DNA of 63,964 nt, filler included, from Intoshia linei (taxonomy: Eukaryota; Animalia; Orthonectida), in assembly GCA_001642005.1 (NCBI GenBank). It is 6 parts of 6 records of this genome, joined end to end, with 100 filler letters (N's around TTAATTAATTAA, not from the genome) between each part and the next. Parts side by side here need not be neighbours in the genome. Positions count along the whole stretch, not along the records: positions 13,200 to 24,925 come from LWCA01001156.1; 5 more parts are not named here. The stretch is one strand, 5' to 3'. The stretch's first letter is position 1. Each line of letters starts with the position of its first letter. This document shows positions 13,100 through 24,748 of this stretch, piece by piece. The position numbers and the translations under genes are program-made. Below the pieces are notes generated by a model, which did no database searches, was not told the DNA's origin, and saw only the letters and a program-made list of their open reading frames with translations.

Positions 13100-13199
13100 N
13101 NNNNNNNNNNNNNNNNNNNNNNNNNNNNNNNNNNNNNNNNNNNTTAATTAATTAANNNNNNNNNNNNNNNNNNNNNNNNNNNNNNNNNNNNNNNNNNNN
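13100..13199. other. Assembly gap with TTAATTAATTAA spacer (also at 24926-25025, 45885-45984, 61252-61351, 62863-62962)
   Basis: Identical 100-nt N blocks with a central all-frame stop spacer. Confidence 0.97.
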
Positions 13200-13200
13200 G

Positions 13201-13868
13201 CATTAACTAGAATGTCATTTAGATTTCTTTGCGCTAAACTGCGGTATGTGGTCTGACGAAAAGGGTGAACAATTTCATCAAACTATGATGTTATATGAAA
13301 GACGTTTTAGAAGATGTAGATCATTAAATATGATTTGTGATTTTGTTTGGTGTTCAATAAAAAATAAATTTTAAATTTATCTAAATTTAATATTACTTTT
13401 TTTATTAAATATTTTTAATTCATACTTTCTTATATCTTAATTTTTGAAATTTATGTCTATCACTTACATTCTTGATATTGAACACGATTCGTCTAGAGTT
13501 AACCCGAAAAATTTGATTTTACGTGTAATGTAAGTAGTACATCCAGAAAATTTTTATTTCATATTGTTTGTCGATGTTGCCTTGAAATTAGAGTTAATTA
13601 ATTAAGGTAATTAAATAATTAATGACAATTTTTTATACATATGTAGACGTGTATGCCTATCTGTCAATTTTACAATTTGTAATATACAATATTAATTGTA
13701 AATAGACCTCACGGTGGAGTGTATCTCAATAAAAAAAAAACTTTGACCCTTAATTAAATCCAAAGTCGATCTTGAAATTAATAAAATTTTTTTAAAAATA
13801 GATGTATACTGGTTCACTTACACATAACAGAAGTTTCGGTGAGTTTGTCGAAATTTTATTGGACAGTG
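13201..13868 (+). mobile_element. Chapaev3-like (CMC superfamily) DNA transposon 3' remnant with transposase C-terminus at 13201-13374
   Basis: H*LECHLDFFALNCGMWSDEKGEQFHQTMMLYERRF...MICDFVW matches the HSHLDFFPxNLGxVSDExGERFHQ..E.RY..MLADYCW motif. Candidate termini ...ACGTG|TAA (13525) and ...CAGTG|TAA (13868). Confidence 0.7.
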
Positions 13869-14499
13869 TAATATGCTACGCGGTTTTTATTTGTGTGTGT
13901 GTTCCACTTTATTGAAATAACTACCAGTCTTAGATTTTTTTAAAGACCACATTTCAATTACAGTTTTTTCCGAGACTAATAATAAGATAAATTTCAACCT
14001 TCCAATTTCACATCTTACGGGTCAAAAACCCCAATTGTCCCTCTTTTTGAAAATTAAACGAGTTGATGAATTTCAAAAAAATATATACGCTGATACGAAT
14101 TTTAAAATCTTAAACATTATCATAAATTTAAATTTAAAAAAATTATATCTTCAGGGCCAAAACCACAAATTACCCTTTTTTTTTAATGAAAACAGCCTTA
14201 GAATTTCAAAAAATTTACAGGTTGTACAGTTCTATCCTGTTAACACACAAAGAAAATTTCAATACAAATAAGTGACGACTTCACGGTCAAAAAAGCATTT
14301 TAGTATTCATATTTTTTTTTTGTGATATGATGGTTCCACCTGACACAAATTTGGGAACCACAATTTTAAAGAATTGATAACAGTGAATAGTAGGATTTTT
14401 AAATTAGATTTTCAACGTGAATTTATTTTTTAAGTATAATAAAAATGTGCCTCGCAGAGCTAGGTCCTATTTGTACGTAGTACATAACAGTCAAGCTAG
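13869..14499 (+). mobile_element. Helitron family copy with intact 3' end
   Basis: Ends ttgtacgtagtacataacagtcaagCTAG|T. Confidence 0.8.
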
Positions 14500-15362
14500 T
14501 AATGTATAATAATGTATTTACATAATTATTCAAACTTTTCCTCACTTATATAAAACTCTTTGTTTTTATGTGAGTGTTATCGTTTATTTCAATAAGTAAG
14601 TTTTAGAATTTTAAAAATTCCTTTCTTCATTTCTATTATAGTTTTATCCGGGTGAAAGTAAGATAAATTTCAAACTAAGAAATTCACATCTTACCGGTCA
14701 AAAACTCCAATTATCCTTTTTTTTGAAAATCAAACTGATACAAATTTTAAAATCATAAATATTATCATCAATTTAAATTTAAAAAGAATATATCTTCAGT
14801 GCCAAAACCACAAATTACCCATACTAACTTATATAAAAAGTATTTGTTTGTGTGTCTGTATGTTTGTGCATTATTGTTATTTTATAAAATTATTAAACCA
14901 AATACAAAATGTAGTCTTAGAATTTAAAAATATCACATTTAATACTGCTTTAATAATACTCCAGTTAAAATACATAAAGTTTCAATGTTACATTAAGCTT
15001 TCCTGTTGAAAAAAGCAATATACGGTTTTCACTTTTTTTTTGAGCAATTATTTCATTAAAACAAAAAATTTAATATAATTAATGGTTCTAGAATCTAGAA
15101 TATAAAAATAAAAAATTGTATTCACACGAATGGGAACCAATCCTTTAGAACATTTGTAATAGTTTATAGCGGCATTTTTATTTAAGATTATATTTTTTTG
15201 GTAGAATTAGCAAAGTCCGTCCTCAGCATTGCTAAGTGATGTATATACGAAGTACAAAACAGCCAAGTTATAGTAATTATACTTATATGTCTTACAATTA
15301 CAATTATGTATATTTCAAAACTATATAAAAAAACAAAAAAATATTAAATATAAATAATGTAC

Positions 15363-16972
15363 CACAAAAAATGGTCCTGTTGATAATTCTTTACAACGCC
15401 GTATTTCCTTAAGACATAAATCCGTTATACCATGATCATCAGCTGTTTCTCCACGTACGCCCCATCTCATATCAACTACCTATTATAAAAATTAACAATT
15501 TAATGGAGTGCTTCCGTAATTGACGCATAGGCATTGATGAATAATGACGACAGTGGATTTTTTATTATTTACGTGCTATTAATAAATGTTCATTATTAAG
15601 TCTGGTTAAATCTTTTAAATTATTAAAATGTATTGTTAAATTTATTTTAAAAATATATTATTCTATTGCTCATCCAAACTATTTTTCAAAATTTCATTTT
15701 AAAAAAAAAATTTTTTCAACATTTGATAAAATTTAATTTATCCTGTTATAAATTATTTATGTTATTATGGAATGATATTATAAGTTATATTATCATTTTC
15801 AATTTTCGTAATTTGAACAGATTTTTAAAAACATTTTCTTTTTCTATATGTATTTTATTGTTTACAAAAATTATTTGACAATACTCGATTTGAAATGGTT
15901 AATTTACTGGAGGACCGGATATGGCCCTATTCAAAGTTACCCATGATTGATGTAACCAAATCTTTCATATTTTTTAGTAATCAATAACCTGGAATTTATA
16001 TCCTAAAGATTGACAAAATCCCTTTAATTTGGGATACGTTTTTTCCATAAGCGTATTTCTCTCATACTTTGTATCTACATTATGTAAATATGGTAATTTG
16101 GAATATATAATGCATTTGTATATTACGATTCATTTTTATATATTTTCAAGTGTTTATATTACATTGTAGTTTATATTACCTGTGAATGTAGAACTAGTAA
16201 ATATTCTGACAATTTTTGCCTTGTTTTTTACTTTAATATTAATGTTACCCGAGAATACTTTTTCAATTTCAATGGCTGGTGAAATTATAGTTTCTAAATA
16301 ATTAAATGAATAAATTATAATAATTAAAATTATGAATAAAGTTATATCATATTAACACTTTACAAATAAATTCCCGTCTATTTCTTAAGGCATAACTATC
16401 CAGGGCAAACTAAGTACCAATAGATAAGTTTATAATTTTCAAACATTTTAATTATAAAGTCAGATCTGTATATATTGAACACTAACATAGAAAAAATAAC
16501 GTATTTTTAAATTTACATTCATCTCAAAAAATGGTATACGTTTTAGAATATATTTTTATGTTCCATATAAATATAATTACCAAATTCTTCATTTTCTAAT
16601 TCAATCTTTAAATTTGTCTGACTAACAAGTTTTACGTCTTTTAAATTGTCCTTCTTGATTTCAATTTTTTTATGTTCTAATGGTTCAATTTCTAAATAAT
16701 ATTAATTAAAAAAAGTATAGGCAACTGTGTAGAAAATTTTTATCAGGAATAGTAGTTACCAGATTCAATAGATTCCTCAATATCTGATTCTAAATTTAGA
16801 ATATACTTTTGAAAATAAACATAATTAATGGAAATTACGAAAATATTCACTTGCTTCGGATTCTACATATCTACAAATTAAAGAAAAATAATAAAAATGT
16901 CATTATAGAGTACTCTTGATGCATAGGTTGAACTACTTCATCTCCTTGTAGAGTTGAACAAAATGTACCCAT
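15363..16972 (-). CDS. NACHT-WD40 (NWD1/NWD2-like) protein, N-terminal part with DUF4062 domain; 7 exons seen
   Basis: Spliced product MGTFCSTLQG...KIVRIFTSSTFTDTKYERNTLMEKTYPKLKGFCQSLGYKFQVVDMRWGVRGETADDHGITDLCLKEIRRCKELSTGPFFV. All intron phases are consistent. Confidence 0.9.
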
Positions 16973-17209
16973 TTAGTCTACAATAAATTAATGGGTGTTA
17001 ACTAAAAAATATTTGAATGAAACTTAATGTTCAGGAATATTAATATATTGTACTTATTCATGTCAAATATCATATTTGTATTATCCTAGTAATAGATTCA
17101 CTAACTTTAGAAATTTAAGGTAAACAATGTATAATAAATATGCTTATAAATATGCAACAATATTAGTACACATAATTAGTAATCTAACAATGCTTAATAT
17201 TATTTCAAC

Positions 17210-17660
17210 ATGAAATAATCATTAATTTCAGTGATAATTCTTGAATGAAACGATCATTCTCGTAATGATTTAAAAAGTTATTAGGTCGTTGTTGTACAAC
17301 TCGACGTAGTCTATTCAAGGGTTCTAGTAACTCATGCTTGGTTACCGATTTCTCTAAAAATAAATAAGTAATTAATAAATCTTAAATTTTAGATGTAAAA
17401 TATCTGTATGATTTTCAGTTTCATTCTCTAAAAATCACTATTATGAGTATTTACCTAGCACACGTAAATACTGTAACAATTAAGTTCATCAGAGATCATT
17501 TTCATTGTTCACATCTATTTGGATTGTAGATTTATGGTATCTGTTTTATTTAATCCTACATTTTTAAAGCAATTTTGAATTGTCTTTATAGACACTTGCA
17601 TCAAGAATTTGCTGCCATATACACTGCGGTAAGAACCGACATTTTTTTGGAAAATACATT
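17210..17660 (-). pseudogene. Possible pogo/Tigger (DDE_1) transposase C-terminal relic
   Basis: With one 1-nt frameshift it reads SVLTAVYMAANS(W)MQVSIKTIQNCFKNVGL, like the Tigger AWxxVxxxTIxNCFxxxG motif. Downstream SVTKHELLEPLNRLRRVVQQ resembles the TIGD C-terminal helix. Confidence 0.4.
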
Positions 17661-18260
17661 TGCGTTGTATGGATTCATGTATTGTATCGATCATTATAAG
17701 TGGCTGATCACTATATCTGTGATCAATATAAACGGCGTTAACTGATGTACATTTGTATCGTATATTTCCATGAATCATATTACACTACTTGTGCACACGT
17801 TGCTTGCATAGTATGTAAAAATAGCCAAGTATGTACCAGAGTCAGTAACTATGCAGTTGCTGCTGCTTTTAGTACTTTTCAAAAAATGAGTTTTAGGTTA
17901 AAATTAGGAGCCAATGGAAAAAAATAAATTCTAACTAATCTCATTGTTTGACACATTATGAAGTTTATTCGTTAATTATTTAGGCAATTATACCTAATTA
18001 AAGATTTCCAGCCATCATATACTCTAAAACAATTTAATGTAACAAATTAATTTTATAATATTAATGCAATGAAAACTTAAAAATGATCAAAAATAATAAT
18101 AAATTAATTAATGACAAACTCTTAAGCAAATTAGTATACTAAAAATATTAAAACCATGAAAATAATTATGAAATTTGATATTATTAGGTTATTAATTTTA
18201 ACGTTTGATTTAAAATACATGTTTATTTGATAAATTACTTGAATTCTACTAAAAAAATTC

Positions 18261-19734
18261 ATGTTAGATATAAAAACGGCAAGATTGTTACATTTGTTCA
18301 AACAACATGATTATACATTTAAAAAATACAACAATATGCTTATTGATATTGAAATTTTGTGTGAAAAGATGAAAAATGAATATGAAAAAATATACTACAA
18401 GGACACTGAATTTATTCTAGTTGCACTATATTACGTTCATTTTACTTCGAGGCTTAAAAATTTTAAATTACTTATTATTGAATTTATTAATATGGCTGAT
18501 CAAATTTTATTAGAAAATTTAAAATCTAAAATGACGTTTATAGAATATTGCTCAAAATTTGCGAATGGTATATATACAAAAGATAAACTTAAAAAGGAAA
18601 ATATAGGTAATATTACTAAATCGGACGGTTCATGCGATCTGACTATCATTTTTCGAAATTTTTTTAGTAATAACATTTTGCTAATTTGTTTAATATATAA
18701 AAAATGCAACCACCTAGCGTTTGATTGAGATTGGTTGACATTCATTGCAAAATTGATGTGAGAGAGTATATAAAAACACGTATAATGTGTGCTGTAATAG
18801 TTAAGTTGCAGTTATCACTTTAAGTCAAATTGCAAATTTTATTTTACGCACAGTGTCGTATGTGTCCATCGCTGAAATTCACATATTAACTGTAAAAATT
18901 AACTTATTTTAAATGAGTAGTAACTATTGTTTCCATCTGAAACAATTGTTCAATTTTTATAGAAGCAAAATTTGTGTTGCCATTGTAGTCTTGTAGATAA
19001 AATTAAGGTGTCCAGAAAAAATGCGTACTATAGATTTTAGTTTATTTGGTGTTAATGTAAAGCCAAAACTACTTATCTATGATGACAAACAAAAATTTAT
19101 TCCAAATAAAATAAAGTTGATAGTACGTATTTTACTGGCCACTTTAATTAAATTGTACTTCTCAGTAAGAAACCTTTACTTATATATAAAGTAATTTAGA
19201 TAAAAATGTATGTCTGTTTATAAACATTCATATAAAATAGTAATAGGAGTTGAGTTTTAAATACAGATTTTCGCGGGTGAAGTATTATCTTTACTTTCAG
19301 CAATTGAGTCCTTTAGGGTCAAAAACTCAAATTACTTTTTATTAAAATTCAGACGAATCATAGAATTTAAAAAAATATACATTGATACAGAATATAAAAT
19401 TACACTGCATAATTACATATAAATTTTCACTGCCAAAACTCAAACTAGTTATTATTTTATAAAGTGAAAAAAACAAAGTGTCAGAACTTATTAGATATTT
19501 TTTAAATTCTAGAACCACAATTATATACAATAATATGTATGTATAAATAAAATAGCAATAAACGAAACAATTTTAAAACGCCAGGAACTAAAATCAAACC
19601 TATCTGAATATAAAATGAAATTAAAGAAACTGCAATTTAAAAAATTAAAAAGAACACTTGATATTTATTACGACACAAAATCTATTCAAATAGAATGTAG
19701 ACTAAGACAATCCATTGAAAATATTTTTTATTAA
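18261..19734 (+). CDS. Hypothetical two-exon protein of about 180 aa (18261 to about 18627, plus 19556-19734)
   Basis: A phase-1 donor in the 155-aa ORF joins a stop-free terminal exon AINETILKRQELKSNLSEYKMKLKKL...ENIFY*. Confidence 0.5.
19007..19143. mobile_element. Kolobok-like MITE with TTAA flanks (other copies at 51532-51683 and, partial, about 12712-12810)
   Basis: TTAA|GGTGTCCAGAAAAAATGCGTACTAT...ATAGTACGTATTTTACTGGCCACT|TTAA, with an imperfect TIR of about 40 bp. Confidence 0.65.
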
Positions 19735-20202
19735 TTTCAACACACGGTAATAAATAAAGTCAGACCTGAACATGGTGAACGTTATCAGTGTGAGCACAAT
19801 AAAATAATCCATAAAATCATAAATTAAACGCGATATTGTTGTAGATATCTACTAGTATATCAAATAGTAGTAGATATAATGATATATTAACATCATTTAA
19901 AATCATATTTTCAACAATAAACAGCCAACGAACATTTTCAAGATATTTTATATTCTGTAATCTCCGATTAGTGAATACGCACTTTAAAAACGATTAAGGC
20001 CTTAAATCAAAAAAATATATCACCAATTACATCCGATTACGTTCACTGCCATCAGGTCTGACTACATAAATATAAATTTAATCAAATTTAACAGAATCAC
20101 GTCCAGTTGAAAATTTTAATCAATTGAATATGCAACGGAAATTTATTTTCAAATAAATTTTAAAATTATATAAAAACTATTGAAATAAACATTAATATTA
20201 TT

Positions 20203-20862
20203 TTAGGTAATCCGAAACATGGTAAGAATTTCATTAGTTTTTGAATTAATATTTTGAATTTTGCCGGATAAATCATTGCATTGATTAGTTAATTTTACTA
20301 AATCACGTTTAAACGCAAGCAAAGAATCGTTCGATTTTTTTATTTTAAAGGATAACTGGTTAGTTTCTTTCAATGAATGATCAATCTAAAATAATAATTT
20401 CAAATGAAAAATTAATATAATTGTCTCATGGTTAAGTAAAAAATGTACAATGATAATTTTTTCATTAATATTTTTTTCTTGAAATCGTATATGTTTAATT
20501 TTTGATAAGGCAAAATTTTTAAAAATATGTAAAGCTTCTCTGAGAACATTCATTTTTAAAAATATCGAATTTTGAGGTGGATGTCGGTTTTGTAAAGATT
20601 CTATTCTATTAAAAATAAGAAATTAAACCAAAATGTAATATACTTTGCAAAAGAATATTCTGCACTAAATTCATCATAATGTGTATTGGCAGTTTGAACA
20701 ACGGTAACAATTTGATCATCCGCTAAAAATATTTCATGTTTTCCATTTATACTCCATTTCATTACAACTTTAAAATTTGTAAAACAAAAAATAAACGTAT
20801 TATACCGGTAATGAAATTATAAATTTACCAAATTCATCAGATTTTGATTCACTTGCACCCAT
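20203..20862 (-). CDS. Myristoylation-motif coiled-coil protein of about 165 aa, BORCS5 (myrlysin)-like; 4 exons
   Basis: MGASESKSDEFVV...DDQIVTVVQ...IESLQN...FQEKNINEKIIIIDHSL...KIQNINSK. Similar size and motif order to BORCS5 (MGSEQS, DDIVVVAQ, FDQNALVKRIKEMD). Splice phases are consistent. Confidence 0.5.
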
Positions 20863-20936
20863 TCTTCAAAACACACAATGAAAAATTTACAATTGTCGAT
20901 ACACTTTAAATAAAACTTTATTAAATTTAATCAAGT

Positions 20937-23900
20937 ATGGTTTCAATCTTTTTAAACTCTAGTAAGATTTTTAATTTAAATTACAAACCAAATATTTTAG
21001 TTAAAAGAGATAGACATTATTGGTTACCAAAATATTTAAAGTCATTGTATAATAGAAAATTGGAAGAAATTGACCCTGAAAAAGTTACACCACCAAATAA
21101 ATGTAGAAATTGGTTCTTTATTTAGTATTTTTTCTTTATTATCATGTAGGAATTATAATGTAGAAATTTTTGCTTTTAAAAACAGAGTTAAACAAAATTT
21201 TGATGTTGACATTTTAGAAAAAGCTTTAAATATTGGGTAATTTATAATTATGACATTCAAAGAGAGGGTTATACCAATTAAAACGACCGATTAGATCCTA
21301 GTTTGAACAAATTGAAATATTTTAGAGTTAAATTGCACCATATTCTTATATTGATCATGTATTGTTTGAATTATCAATTATTTATTTTTAGATCGTCCGA
21401 AAATTCCTATAGCATTCAAGGTATGGGTATTTTTTGGTTTAAAAATATTTTATTTAGGCAAACGTATTCTACACCAAATTGTAGAAACATTTTTAGAAAA
21501 ATATTATACAAAATTACCTCAGAATTTAAGATTGTAATTGTTAATTTTAAATCGGGTTGGGAATTTATACTTTGTATGAAATATAGGGTATTAAAATTCC
21601 AATAGAATTCAAATTAAAAATTTACTCGTATTACCCTCTCATTGTCAATTATGACTTGATCATTTTAGAAAATTGTTGGACCATTTTACTTCAATACAAA
21701 TTGGAGCTAAAGCTACAGACTATATAGGACTAGAAGATTTAATTATTTCTGATGTATATTGGATTTTATTAGTTTCATCCGGTTTTAGGAATATCCTGCA
21801 TCAGATAATGCTAAATATATCGCATTTAATGCATCCATTTCTGCCTTACATCAAAGTTTTACAAACTCACAGGTTTTTGATATTTTATTTTTATTTATCT
21901 TTTCTTTAGATACCTGAAAATTGTTCAAATTTTATTCAAAATTTTTTGATTACCCAATTAAATGGTCTATATGTTTCTAATTGCATTAATATTGCTAACC
22001 CTCAAATTTATATTAAAAATATATTACCAAATATTGAATTTAGGTTAATATTTTAGTTTATTGTGGTGCTTCCTACCTGTAATTTCAAATTTTTTAATTT
22101 TAATATATATTTTAAATTTTGATAACAATGAGATATTTAGTATTACTATTCATTAGTAGTTTATGTATAATATAATAATTGTTTAAACAATAAAAAATTG
22201 ATGAGAATTATTATTTTACATTTTTAGTTTTTAAATAGATTGTGCTGTGTCTAACACTAATACAACTGCTTTAAAATGATATAACTTTTATTTTTGTATT
22301 AATTAACAGGTGGGCTCAAATAAGCACCTTCTATGAATCAACATTTATAAATTTTAAACAGAATTGTGAAAACTGTTGGAAAGGGTACATTTCATGAATG
22401 CACAAAATCTGCAGCATTTTCTGATAAAAATTTAATTTCTACTGGTAATATTTACTATAATTTAGTTAGTGCATTGTATATAATTATAATTAATTATCTT
22501 GGCTGTTTTTACTGTGTTGAATTAATATAAAATTCTGCCGAGGGCGGACCTTTACGTATATATTTTTTAGTTAATAATAATTATTTTTTCATTGCCCATT
22601 GTAGTTTATATTATTACTAGCTTGGCTGTTTTGTACTACGTACAAACAGCACCTAGCTCTGCCGAGGGCACTCTTTTATTATACAAAAAAAATAAATTCA
22701 CGTTGAAAATCTAACTTAAAAATTATATTATTAACTATTGTCAATCCTTTAAAGGAGTGGTTCCCAAATTTGTTTCAGGTGGAACCGTCATCACATTACT
22801 TTTTACTTTATAGTGAATTATTCCATCTTAATTTTTTTGTTAAAATTTGCGTAAAGAATTTTAAAAACAATTATTATCCCATTTTTTTAATTTATTAGAC
22901 AGAATATGTGTATAATATTAAAAATAAAGTAAAAACAGATCAATCCTAAAAAATTGTCATAAATTCCAGCAAAATAAAATTATAAAAACCTATTTTGTCA
23001 TTTTCAATGTAATGATATATATTCAGAACCAATTTTATAAATACTTAAAAATACCAATTATGTATCAATAATTAACCGAATCTTCACTTTATAAATATAT
23101 TTTAAACGAATTTACCAAATATTACAAAGGATTGTAATAAATATAAAAATGATACTAACAAAGTTTTATTACTTTTAGTTTCGTTGTAGTTTTTATTTAA
23201 ATTTTATTGAAAATGTTTTGAAAATGAGAATTTAAAAATTGCGAAGGAATGAATTATATAGCTTTTTTCATCCATATTTCTTTATTGAAAATGTGTAGAC
23301 CAGTGTTTCTCAACCTTTTTTACTGCGCGGAACCCTTAGAAATTTTATACTTAACAATACCAATTGTGTATCAATAATTAATTTTACCATTATTGCAAAG
23401 GATTGTAATATAAAAATGATTGATGTTAAGAATGTGTCCATACTTTTGGCCTTTTTTTTTAAAAATCCCCCTTTAAAAGTTTGGTTCAAAAAAAATTTTT
23501 TAAAAATCCCCCTTAAAAGTTTGGTTCAAAAAAAATCTTAAAACCCCTGTTGAAATTTTGGTTCAAAAAATATTTCTTAAAAACCCATCTTGAAAGTTTT
23601 GTTCAAAAAAAAATCTTAAAAAACCCCTCTTGAACGTTTGGCTCAAAAAAAATCTCAAAACTCCCTTGAAAGTTTGGTTCAAAAAAAATTCTTCAAAACC
23701 CCTCTTGAAATTTTATGTTTATTTCTAACTTATATATAAGGCTACGCGATTTTTGTTTATGTGTGTGTGTGACATTTTTTAGAATCTTTAAAAAATTTTA
23801 AGTTAGTATAAATTTAAGTATGTTATGTTTATGCAAAATATTTTCAAAATGAAAATTTGAAATTAAAAATTGCGTAGTAATGAAAAAAATTCCGAAGGAA

Positions 23901-24703
23901 TGAATTATATAGATTTTCACCCATATGTCTTTATTGGAAATGTGTAGACGTACAATGCACATTTTTTTAAAATTGTAGGATCAATATTTACATTTTCAAT
24001 TTTTTATTTTAATCGAAATATTTGAAAAATATTGGTTGATAATATATTAAAAATTATTTTTCACCGGCAATGCGTAGATTTCTGGGGTTGAAATTTTGTA
24101 TTTATATCAACTAGAATAAGCTCTATCAGAATAATTTTTTTTTTTTAATTTTCGGACGGGTAATTATTTCACATTTTTTGTTTTAATAAAATGCCTTTTT
24201 GACTGTGAAGTCGTCACTTATTCGGATTGAAATTTTTTATGTGTGTTAACATGATACAACTGTACCAACCTGTAATTTTTTTTAAATTTAAATTTATGAT
24301 AATGTTTATTATTTTAATATCCGCATCAGCGTATATATTTTTTTAAATTCTCCAACTCGGTTTATTTTCAAAAAGAGGAACAACACGGGTTTTTGACCCT
24401 TAAGATGTAAAATTGGGAGGTTGAAATTTATGTTATACGCTCCGGAAAAAAATAATTGAAATGTGGTCTTTAAAAAATTTTAAGAGTGCTAGTTATTTCA
24501 AAAAAGTCACACACACACACACAAACAAAAATAGCGTAGCGTTTTATATAAGTTAGGATGTATATTAATTTATATTTTTAGGTTATGGAGAGACAAAAAG
24601 AATTGCTTGTGATTTGGCAGCATTAAATTACATTTATAAACACTACAATATTTATAATCCTTTTGCATTTGAATACATAAATAACATAAATTACACTGTT
24701 TAA
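20937..24703 (+). CDS. MRPL44: Mitochondrial ribosomal protein L44 (RNase III-like plus dsRBD)
   Basis: WLPKYLKSLYNRK...NWNYNVEIFAFKNRVKQNFD and the C-terminal IEFRIVKTVG...SDKNLISTGYGETKRIACDLAA match MRPL44 motifs. The last intron is filled by a Helitron. Confidence 0.85.
22617..24558 (-). mobile_element. Near full-length Helitron composite in the last intron of MRPL44
   Basis: Both termini are present (CTAG plus hairpin at 22617; tatataagttagga at 24558). Contains a hAT-MITE fragment at 23301 and a minisatellite. Confidence 0.85.
23455..23715. repeat. Minisatellite of about 40 bp, 6-7 units
   Basis: Repeated aaaa(t)cccc(t)ttgaaagtttggttcaaaaaaaatctt. Confidence 0.85.
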
Positions 24704-24748
24704 TGTTAATAAATATACATTTACGTATGTATTTATGTTATGTTTTTA

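Noticed and set aside
13144-13155. Recurrent TTAATTAATTAA palindrome between N runs
   Set aside because: Artificial scaffolding spacer, identical at all five gaps.
23455-23715. CRISPR-like repeat array
   Set aside because: Contiguous degenerate units with no unique spacers, a eukaryotic context and no cas genes.
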